This document shows, piece by piece, positions 50,861-64,000 of a DNA stretch of 64,000 nt. A program made the translations under genes and the position numbers. The notes below the pieces were generated by a model. That model did not search any database. It was not told the DNA's origin and was given only the letters and a program-made list of their open reading frames with translations. Source of the stretch: Carcharhinus longimanus (lineage: Eukaryota); assembly GCA_030264375.1 (NCBI GenBank), contig JASCQW010000119.1:9636800-9700799 (forward strand). Direction: 5' to 3'. Each line of letters begins with the position of its first letter. Within the stretch, counting starts at the first letter, position 1.

Positions 50861-51985
50861 GATCCCCAATGATTTCTCACAAAGAGATTGGCAACGACTG
50901 TCTTCTCTTTACACAGTACCCAGTATTAGATAGCCTGCTCACTTTCTGTTTCCTCCACACATATGTCAAAAAGACGATCCCGTCTACACTCCAGGAATCC
51001 TGCCTCTACTGTATTGTGAATAATTTGATTTGTCCAATCTATGTGAAAACACACGTGCTTTAATTTATTTTATATCTGCAGATTAATTCGATTTCAAAAC
51101 AGTATTCGAACTGCAAAATATATAAAGTTTAAGGAATACTATATCGAAGTGATTGGTGTTGTTATGATACAGCGACATCAACGGGGAATTGACTAACGAA
51201 GGGGACCTCACGTTCCGGCAAATTTCATTTCTCAACTTGCAAACTGTAACTGTTGAGTGCCACAAAAATAAAAGACCAAACCCAGAAATAATCCGGACTT
51301 AAATTAATGAGATGGTGAGGAACGGATCGGCTCATCTCCAAATCTTCCAGAGGGAAAAAAATGAACAAAAACGCAAGTTGCAAGAAAGGTTTTAATATAA
51401 GAAATGCTATTTAAATAAGTTTGCTGAGGAGATTGGAAACGCCAGGTGAATTTCACAGCTATGGAACGTGAAGTTGTCCATTCTTTGATGATCGATAGCA
51501 TGACTATTTGCTATTTAAATATCGATGAAGTCTCCATGTTTCAGACAGACACAAAATTGGGTATTTCTATTTACATGACTCAGAAACAAAATATGAAACT
51601 ACCGGCCCGAATTATGAATCAAAATTGAATATTAAAATTTATTGTGAGAGGAGAATGCACCATCAGTTACACATTTTACAAGTTAAATCCTTTCAGAAAT
51701 TAACTCCAATATTCTGATCTGTTTTCATCCCCCGAACAAAGGGAAGAGAGAGCATGCGTTCGAGGCTGTTCATTGAAGGATCATTAGGCTAATTACTTGG
51801 TGGAAGTGCATGTTTTATGAGGAATGTGCAGCAAGGCTGAGGCTATAACTACTGGAATCTTGGGGAATGAGAGTTGATTTTCTAAAACAGAGAAATTCTT
51901 TAGTACTGGTGAGGGTCGACGCTGATACTGTTATGAAGCAGCAGTTGTTACGCTCCCAGGCAGGCCCCTTCCCCTGACTCCCGCC

Positions 51986-52020
<35 letters not shown>

Positions 52021-52189
52021 CTGAGAACACAATCATGCTCCTGTAAAAAAAAACAGTGCTGAGCACCTAGGTCGATTGCGCCGATGGCAAATTTCAATGT
52101 TTTGGGGGGAAATGGCTAAAATGTGTGCGTTGGTGAAAAATCTTCTTTTCTAATTCTCAAGTCCACCATGAGTTTTTCTTTCACCCACG

Positions 52190-55100
52190 TTGTTCAGTTC
52201 TTTTTTCAAAAAAAAAGTCCGTCAACTGTGCCATGACACTATTCAAGTTTGGTGCAAGTCTCGTCTAGAATCCTCGGTAGCCATGAATCATTGCATTTCC
52301 TTCTTCGAGGTTGGAAATTCCTTCATTGCCTGTATCTTCACATTTCTCGGTCCCATCTGTCCATCTCAAATGATGTGCTGCAAGAATGTAACTTCTGCAC
52401 TCACAAATTCTGCGTTTTGCCCAATTAATGGCTAACTTTGCCATCCATATCTTTCGGACAGCTTTGACAGATGTTCCATACGGTCTTTACATGAATGGTT
52501 AAAGGTAGTTAAGTCATCTACGTTATCAGCAAAATTAGCAAATGCAGCAACAACTCTGTCAATAACCCTCTGAGAAGTGTATGGTGTGTTTTTTTTCAAT
52601 CAGAAAGGACACGAAATTAAATTGTTATACCTCATTTACCGGTGCAAAATCAGAAGCTTGTTTTGTTCTCACTGACAAAAAATACACACAATTTACCGTG
52701 AAATAAGTCCAACTTCGTGATGTAAATGAGTCGTCTTACATTTTATTTAAAAAAATCTTCAGCTTTGGGATCAGATACGAATCGGCCTTTGTCTCAGTGT
52801 TGCCCTTCCGATAAAATCCATGCAGAATTAGTGACTACCATCAGGTTGGGAACAAACGAGATCAACAAACTCGATTTACCGCCATCTTGATTNNNNNNNN
52901 NNNNNNNNNNNNNNNNNNNNNNNNNNNNNNNNNNNNNNNNNNNNNNNNNNNNNNNNNNNNNNNNNNNNNNNNNNNNNNNNNNNNNNNNNNNNTCCAGGAG
53001 CATCGCTTCCAATTCTTTCTGAACCTGTGCTGCTATGAGAGGATTAAACAGCTGGTGGCGTTGTTTTATCGGAACACCATTGCTTTCTACAACCTCATGA
53101 ACTATGTCACTCGTCCTACACATCCTTTTTTTTGGTTATTATTATTTTACATAGGTCCTCTTAGATCTGTAACACATTTTTCAATTCCATTGAATTCATT
53201 GTGTCCGAAAGGGTAGCGCACGATCCTATTCCATCCTCAACGAGTTATTCAATATTGAATTTATTTTGAAGCACATCGAAATCCAAATTATCAGTGTTTG
53301 ATTCCTCACGCTGAGCAAATAAAAAATAAGAGCAATTTATTCACTTCCCTTTCTCTGTTACAGTACTTCGGCAGCATATTGACATGATATGCGCATTTTT
53401 TTTATCGAGTTGCCATTCTTACCAAACAACTACACAATGCTCAATCTGATGGATCCGCTACTAATCCGTGTTTTCAAGTGATCTCCCAACACTGCTAATA
53501 ACACTAAAATTTTAGTCCTAGGAGCAAACCTATCCATTTTAGATTTATTATCGCTTTATTGTTCCATTAAGTGATATTCCACGTCCAATTGTTGTCTAGC
53601 TAATTCGTGTACTCCGGTTAATCTTTCTCCCAACTCAGACACATAATATGACTATGACATACCCGACATTGGCCCTACCAACTTCCCCTGAATAAATGAT
53701 TAAGCCCCTCTTAATTCATGCCCGTATATAAATACAAGTGGGGTAAACTGAGTGGAATAATTTAGAGCATCTCCAACACCAAATAATATAAATATTATTT
53801 GCTTTATCCCAATAATTTGTGGAATTATGGCAAGAAGCCCTCAGCATGACCGTAAGGGTCTTATGGTAACTTTTCAATGCTTCCTTGGATTCAGGATCGC
53901 GTGCACCCAAGGCAAAGTGTCTGATGTCTAATATATACATGATCTTCTTTAGCAATTGGGCGGATAAATTGGAACCTTGGTCTGACTGAATTCCCCGCCT
54001 CATTCAAAACAGTGAAGAAAGCGAACAGTTCCTCCACAATCTGATTCTCCTTGACTTATCGTACTGGAATTGACTCAGAAAATTGGGTAGAGATATCTAT
54101 TACGCTAAGCAAATCCTTTTTTGTTGTTTTTTACATTTTGGAGGGCGGGAAAGCAAAATAAATTATTAACCGGATAAAATATTCTGCAAATTATAAATTC
54201 TGGGAACTTATATCAAAGGCGCCAGTGTTATCGCTGTTTCTATCTTTCCTACTATCTGAAATGGACGACAGGTACGGCAAGATTCAACAACATATGTGCA
54301 TAAGCAATATTAATAAAAAGTGCTTCCGTATCTGAGCCTGAGGTTTCCTCACTCCTGGATGACATTCTACATGTAACCCAATTGCGATTGACAATAGTTC
54401 CTGTCCGATTTCTACCGGCAAATTAATCGGGTTAACGTCCGCCTATTTCTTACGTCACTAACCTGACAAGATCTCCATTTTGGCCTTATGATTTTATCCT
54501 GCAGGTAACAGCATTCTGGAAGACAATCTTATTCATTTTCTGTGGAGGTGTTATGGCGTAAGTAATTTTGCATCTGATCTATTTGTGGTAACTCGGTTAA
54601 ACTATCAGAACTAAAAACATCTGCCTGTTCCTCTTTTGCTTAGCTTTCTGCCTTACCATGTCATCAATCAGTGTGTTCGCTATCTGGCCTTAAACACCTT
54701 TAACTTTTTCGTCTGTTCTCCTTTAACGTTTTAACGAATGGCTGTGGGATCTTGTCACACTGTTCGAAAAAAAATGTACCAGGATATGTTTATTTTACAT
54801 CCTCGTTTCCAAAGTGTTTTTTTTTTCACTACAAAAAAAGCATTAAACGCACCCGTGAGCCAGCTTTATTGTTGTCACGAATAAACTGTATTCCTGAATG
54901 ATTGCCATCACTCCAACTGTCTTTTCACCAGTGTTGTTTGGACTTTCTAACGTTAACTTACACAATGGATGTCTACACTTCTCTCTCTGATCTCAGAGAT
55001 TTTCACTCTAGGGCAATATTTAAGAAGTAGTGCAATTATTTCCATCTCTTACTAACAAAATAAGACTCGTTCTCGTATCTCTCAACATCTTAACTGTTTC

Positions 55101-56910
55101 ACCTACTCTCCCATTCAACATGATTAAATCTCACCACACAGTTGAAATCTTTGACATACTGAGATCTTTGAACATTTTTCCACCGTCCTGTTTCTTTTTC
55201 ACACGCGATAAACTGTTCTCAAAGTGATCTGTTTTTTTTTCATTGAAGACTCTCCCTCTCTTCCAATTTCTATGCCCCATGGAATGAAATTATTGTTTCA
55301 ATGTATGGGCTGAAATGAATTCAACTGCCATCTCGGCAGTGCTTCATGCTATTTAAAATGTATGTCCCTTAACCATTTCGGAAATGAGTTGGTGATTACC
55401 TCCAGCAGAATAATATTTTGAAGAACCTCATGTGCGGTTTATATTTGTAATAATCTCACTTGATTAACAAACTTGATTTGTTCCATCCTTTCGAACTCGA
55501 TACAAGTCTGACATAGTTCCTCTCTTCCAATTCTGAACCGTTGCCTTTTGTTTTTCGTTGTAGCATTTAGTGGGCACTTAGAGTAGCCTTTTTAACTTCG
55601 TCATGTTTTCTGAGAACTGCGCCTGCAAGACATCAAACAGCTCTGTTGTCCTGCCTAAAAATCTGGCACGAATAAATATCATCCACGCCTCCTCTGGCCA
55701 TTCCATATGTGACGGCAATTTCTGAAAGGGGAAAAAAAAAGTTCTGCATTTTTTTTGCGTCACATTTTGGTAATGTTTGGACATACTTGCATAAATGCCT
55801 ACCAGCCAGTTGTCTGCCATTTTTTGGTCATCTGTTCCAATTTGCATTTTTACGTCTGTCATTTGAAGTATTTTCTCTTTAAGTTCCAATTTCGTATTTT
55901 CCAACTCGAACAAACTGCCTGTCTTTTATTTCCCTTTCTTACGACTCCAGCTTTTCAAGTTCAAATCCCAACACCAATTGGCTCACTTCCAATTTTTATT
56001 TGTGTAACTCCACTGCAGGTTTGTTTATCTGTTATGCAAAGATGCATGTCTTAGTCCGTTAAGTTTTCAGCTTTCTTAATATCGCTAACTAACAGAAATT
56101 TTAACTCTGTTTGCTAATTCTGCAAAGTTCATGATTCTCTGACTGTCTGAACTTGCTCGGACAATTTGTGCAACATCTTCCATCGCCAGAGACACTTTAA
56201 CAATGTTAAGACACATTCCCCCGCTTTTCCTTTAAGCGAAATGAAGCCACCAAAATTAGTCAGGTTTTCCCGTTCTTGCTTAACGTTAACTTAGAGATCT
56301 AGGACTGTTCCAGTCCCAGACCAGAGCGTCCAATTTGATTTCAAACATAGGTTGTTCCCTCCTCTCAGAACTAACATTGAAACACCCAAATCGTGTAACC
56401 TCATTCTATGACTTAAAAAAATGCGTGAAGTGGTGTGGCATGCTTCATCATCTTCTAGTAGATAACTGAAAACTTTAACACTCCTTCTAAAAACAACTCG
56501 TGACAATTTATTAGATTACTCACAGTCAACTAATTGACTAAAGTGCGAACACACAAAGCAGCTCCCTTCTAACATTTAACGATACCTGATTATAACAAGA
56601 TTGTAATTGTATGTTGTTCGAATCAATAAAATTTCCACTCATTTGCATATATGATATATAGTCAATGTTTAAGTGTTCTTCCGGAATGTTATGAGGTTAT
56701 TCTGTTGATTTTTCAGTCTGAATTTTTGTTACCTATCTTTCTTACCTTCCTTTCAGAGTGGTGTTTCCTCTAAGATACAGGTGAAGCAATGAGAACGATT
56801 GATTCTCTCGAGAGAGAGGGTTGAGAACAGTGAGCTCTTGGCACTGGAATGTGGCCGTTGCTCTATTCCCATTGTTCCACTGTCCCAATATTTTATACCG
56901 GTGATGACAT
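52190..56910 (-). mobile_element. Gmr1-type Ty3/gypsy LTR retrotransposon, decayed (gag-PR-IN-RT order)
   Basis: gag: MEWPEEAWMIFIRARFLGR (55578-55913) then RQRFR...CIEFER...IILLE (SCAN-like, ~55560-55380); integrase: CRTC near 54270 and IQSDQGSN (53716-54003); RT: VHEV...VPIKQR...NP...QVQKELEAML (52993-53123) and NVDDL near 52515. Many stops and frameshifts. Putative 5' LTR ~56255-56909; no 3' LTR recognised. Confidence 0.85.
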
Positions 56911-57224
56911 ATCAATAAGTCCCACAGTAGAATCGGTCCCCGGCCTTCAAAACCATCAGATGTAAATATAATCGTTTCATTGTATCTAGTTGCATGAATC
57001 AGACTGGTTGGCTAAATTCAAAAGCACGTTTCGAGTTAAAAAGAGCTGTTTGGCATTTTCAGTTAACATTTATCAGTTTGGGTTCACTGCATACTCCCGT
57101 TTTACAATTTTGCATTCACCAAATTCTAATTCGCAGCTCCCAATCTATACTTTCTCGACCCATCTTCGCAAAACAAAATATAATGATCCCATCGTGCGGA
57201 AAAGCACTACGGCTTTACAGCAAC

Positions 57225-57460
57225 TAAACTTTAAGGTCCAAATTTAGACCGATGTAAGGAGACAGATAATCTATTTGATGTTCGTCAGTCTCTCAGAATC
57301 GCATTCAAAGTTAGTATTAGATAATATTTCATTGAATATAGTTGGCACTTAAAAAAAAACGTTTGATCAGCATTGTAATACAAAAACGGTGCATGCAGGA
57401 AAGTGGAGTAAATGTAACAATCAGTTCAGTCAAGTTGCTATTGAATAGCGAGGCAGAGTG
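57225..57460 (+). mobile_element. Old CR1 3' fragment
   Basis: ATTTAGACCGATGTAAGGAGA...GCAGGAAAGTGGAGT...ATTGAATAGCGAGGCAG. Confidence 0.55.
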
Positions 57461-59478
57461 AAACTGTATTTTAGAAGTTTTTTTTTGTTAAACCTGATCA
57501 GACATATCTCTCTTATATTATTTTTGTTTTGGCTCCAGCAAGATTAGATGACAACAAAGTCCCGCCTCGACATAAGCAGCAGCAGCGCCAAATAAACATG
57601 ANNNNNNNNNNTTGGGCATATTCACGCCACACTCAATGCAAATTGTATTCGTGTGAACAGTATTTCTCCGCAATTGACCACATAATTTCACGATTTATTT
57701 GCATTCTTGGGGCATTACGGAGTAATTATCAATGCCAAAAGCTGGGGCGCCGCTAGAAATGAATCGAAGCAGCGTTAAGTTGTCATTTGCTCTGGCGTTA
57801 CAGCTTGCTAACCCGGAAAACTTCTACCGCTTCAACCGCTCAAAATGCAATTGATTGCTCCTAAATTTGGAGTGATGAGATGAAATACGAAAGATTACCC
57901 GCTCTCTCTTCCAGAAACCAGGTATCTGCAAATTTCAAGTGCACAAACGCATAAAGAAGAAACATAAATTAAACACAATTGAAAACCACTTCAAACATAT
58001 GAAAACACAATTGTTTATTTTTGTCCTTCTCTTTGAATTAATACATTTCTTCGTTTCAGGTAAGAATATACCCTTCAAAGGAAATGTGTCAGGTTATTTT
58101 TTATTAAAATTATGTGGAACAGAAAAGCCGGTTTGTACTAAATGCGTTACATTTTAAAATATAGAGACAAAAATGTGAGTTTTAATTGTTCCAACGTTAT
58201 TTTGGACGCTTATTTGTTGCGCATGTATTAATGTGTGTGTGTTTGTGTGGATGTTTTACAAATATATATTGTGACGCCCTACCTTTGTTTATTATCTTCG
58301 AGACATCCAAAACGTCACGATCATCTGGATTCATGAAATAATGCATTCTTTTCAATTGAAGCAGTAACTATTCATGAGTAATCATCAGTAATTTTACATC
58401 TAATAGAGACTGCGGCAGTGGGGGAGCCATTTTTAGTTTGCAGTCAGTAGAGACTTGAATCCTATTGCACGTGGCCACCCTGGTTGCTGCTTGCCTTTTG
58501 TTTTCAGCCAACACACTTACATTGCTAGAGCAAGCACGGCGCTTTAACTTTATTGATGCCTTCCTTCTTGGCTAGATTTGGAACTCCAATCATTCAGACA
58601 ACTGATTCACCGCACCGAACCTGGCCTTGCATTCTCAGTATGTGTATTGCTGATTCAATTTATTGGTGGCCTATTGGGGTTCTGACAGAATTCAGTACTT
58701 GAGTATATAGGGGTTACAATACAGCTGAACGTAAATGTTGTATAATATCCGTCTTCCCTCGAAAAAGACGGATGTTCTAATTGCTTGTTATAGGCGATTT
58801 TCTCAAAGCTCTTGGACAACAAGTAGCACAGTTTGCAAACAATTCGATTTTGTACATGGTGAATGCAGATTAGAATAGATGATATATAATCATCAGTTTG
58901 AAAGTGTAACTTACCACAGAATGCCCTGTTCTCCGAAGATTACCTCCTGCCCTATCCTGAGCAGAATTCCACCGCTACAAACTGCCAGCATCGTTCCATT
59001 CTGACGTATGTACCCAACAAGTTAAAGTCGCTTGGACTTCAGTAGAATTACACTCCTTTAATATTAATATTTGTCAAATATTTAATTGACACCAATTACA
59101 CTGAAACCGACCATATTTCTTAAATTCAGTTTTTCTCTCTTCCTTTGCCTAACGGGTCTGTCGCCCTGTATAGGCGAGTGACTTTGCCGTAACCCAAGCT
59201 CAATGTCAGTGATGAGTTTATTGCTGAATAAATGCCAGTTCACAATAACGCACACAGTCCACCGTTTCTGAGATGACTAACAGTGGATCAAATGGTTACG
59301 TTGACCTCAATTAATCGTTTACGCTGCACAAATGATGTCCCCACTTTTGCCTACAATACATATTACAATGTCGTGCACATTAAACGCATCACTGTTTCGT
59401 GGCTGCACTCAATGATGTTGTCACAGTAAAAAGTCTGACAACACCAGGTATTAGTCCAACCGATTTATTTGACAATAG

Positions 59479-59518
59479 ACTCACAAGCTTTCGGGGTTAG
59501 CCCCTTCGTCAGGTGAAT
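59479..59518 (-). ncRNA. Minimal type I hammerhead ribozyme motif (intact)
   Basis: Exact reverse complement of the motif at 59726-59765. Confidence 0.8.
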
Positions 59519-59725
59519 GGAGAGTTCTGGCCTCAGACGGAGCATATAAAGCACAGACAGTTTAGAGATTACTGATTAGAATGCGAATCCTTACACCTAA
59601 CCTGCTGTTCAAGACCNNNNNNNNNNNNNNNNNNNNNNNNNNNNNNNNNNNNNNNNNNNNNNNNNNNNNNNNNNNNNNNNNNNNNNNNNNNNNNNNNNNN
59701 NNNNNNNNNNNNNNNNGAACTCTCC

Positions 59726-59765
59726 ATTCACCTGACGAAGGGGCTAACCCCGAAAGCTTGTGAGT
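59726..59765 (+). ncRNA. Minimal type I hammerhead ribozyme motif (intact)
   Basis: AUUCAC CUGACGA A GGGG-CUAA-CCCC GAAA GCU U GUGAGU: 6-bp stem I, 4-bp stem II, palindromic AAGCUU in place of helix III, NUH triplet CUU. Confidence 0.8.
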
Positions 59766-60559
59766 CTATTATCAAATAAATCGGTTGGACTAATACCTGG
59801 TGTTGTCAGACTTTTTACTGTTTTTACGCCAGTCCAACGCCGGCATACCCACTCAATGATGTTGCCATGGTTGTGAATATTCAGTGATCGATCACTCCAA
59901 TCTCCGCTGCATTTTTTTAGATACGTTGCTTTTATTACCAGGTCATTTATAGTTAATTAAATGCAACGTTTCAAATAATATACCGCAAAATAGATGTCAC
60001 AAAACATCCACTTTATATTTCTTCTCATTTCTCGTCCAGCTGAATGTTTCTTATAAGGTGTCTAATATTAAATGAATACATTTACATTAAAACAGGGAAT
60101 GATTCTGACAATGTTCTATTTATTCAGACCCACGTTTTCTTTGTTAGCGAGGGGTAAAGTAAGATTGGAATTCCCGATACCGAACAATTAATACACATGC
60201 TCACGTCAACCTATTGCAGATTAGCAATATTATACTTCGGCTGCACTCGAACTTGTTATGTTTTCGTGAATGTTGGATGCAAAGAACATGTTCAAATTGT
60301 ATGTATCCCATTGCATTTCCAAATTGCATACTTTAATTGCAGACAGTTCATTAGTTGCAGGTGAAACAAAATATTTTGTGCACTCACTCTACTAAAAAAA
60401 AGTGCTGCTTCGATCAAAAGGCCTTGATATTGGGAAATCTTCGTTTTATGAAACTTTGTGGTTGTAGATCCAGATTGTCTATTTGGGAATGGTTTGGAAA
60501 AGGCTTGCTGTTTTTTCTTTACTATTAAACAGGTGTCCAACCTTAGATATAGCTGCAGG

Positions 60560-60785
60560 CACACCTGTGCCGCATTTTGATCGAGTAGTTGTCTCAGAGA
60601 CTTGATAACGATAACAGATTCCAACTGTTACACATTGAAATCTGGTTTCCAATGGGGGTACCATAAGCATAGACATATGTCAAGGGTGGAGGAGGAAAAG
60701 CACATTGTTCAGATGGCTGCGCGGGCTCGTTGGGCCAAAGAGCCTGTTTCCCGTGCTTTGTTTTTATTTGCTCTTTGTTCTTTGA
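60560..60785 (+). mobile_element. SINE 3' half of the same family as 20700-21025
   Basis: CGGGCTCGTTGGGCCAAAGAGCCTGTTTCCCG...CTTTGTTCTTTG matches the reverse complement of ~20700-20840. Confidence 0.75.
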
Positions 60786-63700
60786 AATGGCCGCTTGTTT
60801 CGAAGAGCCAGTGTGTTTGAATTATACAAATACATAAATATTTCTACCTGCATACAAGGTCCATGCGACTTAAAATTAAATTATGGTGTTCCCTCGGGCT
60901 GGGAGCACCGTAATTCAATTACAACACACACAATTTGGAGATATGCCTGAAATTAACGAGGAAAAATGCCTTTGGGTGAGGGTTTATCAGCCAGCGAATA
61001 TAAATAAACCACCGTTGAAACGACGCAGTTGCAGAACACTTTATTTGTATTTGTTCAGGTCTGTTGATTTCAACAATTGCAGCGGCTCAGAGGGTGAAAA
61101 GGCCTGTTCCTGAGCTGAACGTTTATTTTCTTTGTCATACAAATTCCTACTTAAAGGATTATTTTATTATTATTATTTGGTGAGGATTTTGATATTCGAG
61201 AACGTTAGATGAAAGATACTGCTCTGCCACTGAAGTATTATTATAGCATTTCGGTACGGAACAATCACTTAGATTGTTAATATAAATAATTTAATGGTTT
61301 TTAAAAAAGTGACATTGGAGATAAAGCGGAATGTTGAGAGGATTTAATGTTTTAGTTGTTTCTTCACCTTCTTTATAAGCAGCTGTATTCATTATGGAAA
61401 ACCTGGAAGAGAAGGACACATGTTGTGTTAGCAGATTCAAGTAACCACATTTTTAGCCAATTCGTTTAACCTGGTAAACTTTGCAAGTAGAGATATATGG
61501 AAAGGGAAATAGAAGCTAAAACATAGGCACGGTTAACCTATCAATGATGTGCATTTCTCAACTGATCAAAATGCTAGTGGGACCGTTTTCAAGCGATGCA
61601 ACTTTGGCGAACCGTGTAGACTGGGGGATTTTCATGTTGGCTTACGCAATTTGACACTTTTCCGCACTAACTGCCACATTAATAGGATACATGATGAAAG
61701 TATATTTTAAGCCTGGTAATATCATAGCCGGAAATGAAATTAAACAGAACCGAATATTTAAACGTATTATTCGTTTCAATATTCATATTCTATAATTTAT
61801 TTATTAGTAATGAAACAGTATTTTTATGGATAATCTCTCGGCTTTTGACACTGAGGATTGTCGTGCACAGCCATATATCACATGTTTTTTTTAAAGAAAG
61901 TAATTAAGCAAGCATTTTTACTGAATATAGAAAATGACCATTTTGTGTGAGATCACGGTTATTAATCCAGAATCTGCACAGATGGCATTTTTTTCTCAAA
62001 AAAAAATGGCTATAGGTTCAAAACGAAGTTAGTATAATGGCTAAGGAATTAAATAAGCAAAATACAAACAACAATACACTGTCATTTGAGACATGTCACA
62101 GTGAGGAACCAATCAAAGAATAAGGTAGAAAACTTTATTCTGAACAAACATGTAGCCGGGAATTTTATGCACCCCAGGTTTTTTGTTGCCGAAATTTTCT
62201 ATAACTTTCCATGACCGTCATGCTGTAGTGTCGGAGATTAGAGAATGGTTTGGTGCTGAGGTACTAATCGACAGCGTAGCAAGGACATGGAGGTGTTCGA
62301 AAAAAAAGTTGTCAGTTCTCATGTGAAGCTACAAAACCAAGAGCATTGAAGAAGATTCCTATGGGAAATAACACAGCTGATTTTCTTGATCACCAACTGT
62401 TCTGGCATGTTGAAAAAAAATGCATATACAATGTTCATAAATAATTAGGCCCGAAAATGTTGGGAAACCAGTCTGTTTTGAATTATATTAAATAAAATAC
62501 ATACACCGTTAATTGCATGTTTTCACCTACATCTTCAAGCATTTTGAACATTTTACCAATGTAAATTAATTTTCAATTTCGTCAACTATTTTAGAAATTA
62601 GAAATTCAGCAAACTGGGATTTCTATCCGTTGTGGTATCTCCTACCTTGAATATAAACATGCGTCCTATATTGGCCTTTTTGTCCCAGATTACAAAGAAT
62701 GTTGTGCTTGTATTTGAAAGGAAGAGTGCAACTTGCCTTCACGAGAATGTTCCATCTTTCAAAGAGACTATGTACAATTCATTAATTAATCATTTCCCTT
62801 GTCTACTCCGAATGATCACCCAGATCATCAAATAATAATAAAATTTAATGTGCTTTGATTCGTTCGTGTTTGATGTCTTGACATCCAATCGTGTACATAT
62901 GCTGGGCAAATTTTCGATAAGGATTGAACAAATCCATTTCACCACTCAGTACATGAACATCTTCGTTATCAAAAGTGGTGCCTTTTTTTTGGACGGATTG
63001 CCATATACGCTCAAAATAATTGACCACTGACGTGGCTTCCTGCCATCTTTCGTTCAAGGGCAGCTGTTAGCAGATGTAACAGAAAACAGAGTTCATAAGG
63101 AAATTGGTATCTACCAACATACCCAAAGTTTGTGTTTTTCTATTCTTCCTATTTATGCTACAGTGCTCCCTCCACATCAAAGACAATAACTCCTCAGACA
63201 TTCCTGACAATATTCACAAATTCCATCCTTCGTGTACAATTATTCACTTCTCCCATAAACCCGAGATTGTGATGCTAGACGGATGGCATAATCTAGAGTA
63301 GGCTATAAATGCATGGAATTTGTCTAGATAATTAACAAATAAATGGTTGTACAGCCTCTTCTGGTGACTTTTGTATGTCGACACAAAGTAGAAATATGAG
63401 GAATGAGCACACATATGGGGAAAATGAAGCAATGCTAGAGATCTGTAGAGTTGTGATCTTGGGAAGTTTAATGACCGAAATCAGGTTCGGGACAGTACAT
63501 GAAAAACAGGGAAAATGTTGATGGATTCGAAAGTGTATGTGCTGAGTCGAGAAGTGAAACTTGAAAAGAAAGATCGGCATGGACATTTTGTAGCACCAAA
63601 AAATGGTGTGTTTTTTTTCTCCTGGCACGCTAAATGCAACGCCGTATTTTAAGATGCTGCATGTGGCTGTATCGGCTGCAGTGCAGATTAAACAATTTGC

Positions 63701-64000
63701 GGGGTTTTTTTTCCCAAAAGGTGATGATTCTGGCAAGATATCAGTTGACGCAGTGATATCGCAATTGGTAAGCCGGGTGACGAAAAAAAAACTGTTAATT
63801 GCTACGGTAAATTCTCACTTTAGAAAGGATTGATGCGTTTGCCAGTTAGGATTATTCGCATCACTAACTTGCTGAAGGAAATTGAAATCGCGAGATGTAA
63901 AAGGGTGCAGTAAACTGTCCATGTTTCACAGATCGGGCCATGTTCACTGTGGAATGCAGAGTAACCGATTCGAAACCATTACTGCCTTCTACATTTCAAT

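Larger units (their letters stand above)
59421..59849 (+). mobile_element. Young Penelope-like insertion with inverted pLTR arms (interior in gap)
   Basis: 59424-59527 and 59717-59820 are near-perfect reverse complements (1 mismatch seen); tail GCCAGTCCAACGCCGGCAT on the right only; exact 15-bp TSD CACTCAATGATGTTG (59406-59420, 59850-59864). Confidence 0.88.

Noticed and set aside
58747-58773. 9-bp hairpin ATCCGTCTT / AAGACGGAT
   Set aside because: Isolated, no context, plausible by chance.
62845-63063. Minus-strand ORF LNERWQEATSVV... behind a CTAACAG acceptor
   Set aside because: No recognisable family, weak donor and no partner exons.

Overview
Eukaryotic, repeat-rich, essentially non-coding DNA from a draft assembly with nine N-gaps. 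The repeats (HE1-type V-SINEs, CR1 LINEs with CATAAGAA/TTCTATG tails, RTE LINE) point to an elasmobranch (shark or ray). I see no intact protein-coding gene: the ORFs are chance or decayed retroelement fragments. Recognisable items are many CR1 and V-SINE copies, a decayed RTE LINE, a decayed Gmr1-type LTR retrotransposon (SCAN-like gag, integrase upstream of RT), two inverted copies of a solo-LTR-like repeat, a GC-rich MITE-like element and a diverged ~1 kb-period direct duplication. The most interesting signal is three short Penelope-derived insertions (37.8-38.8, 43.7-43.9 and 59.4-59.85 kb) with 13-15 bp target-site duplications. Two are fold-backs with a minimal type I hammerhead ribozyme motif in each arm, and the third is a deleted remnant with one decayed motif. 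Candidate non-coding exons, a leader-like exon or AG|GT site, and enhancer-like unique blocks are reported as hypotheses. Boundaries of decayed repeats are approximate and family calls come from recognition by eye, not from a database search.
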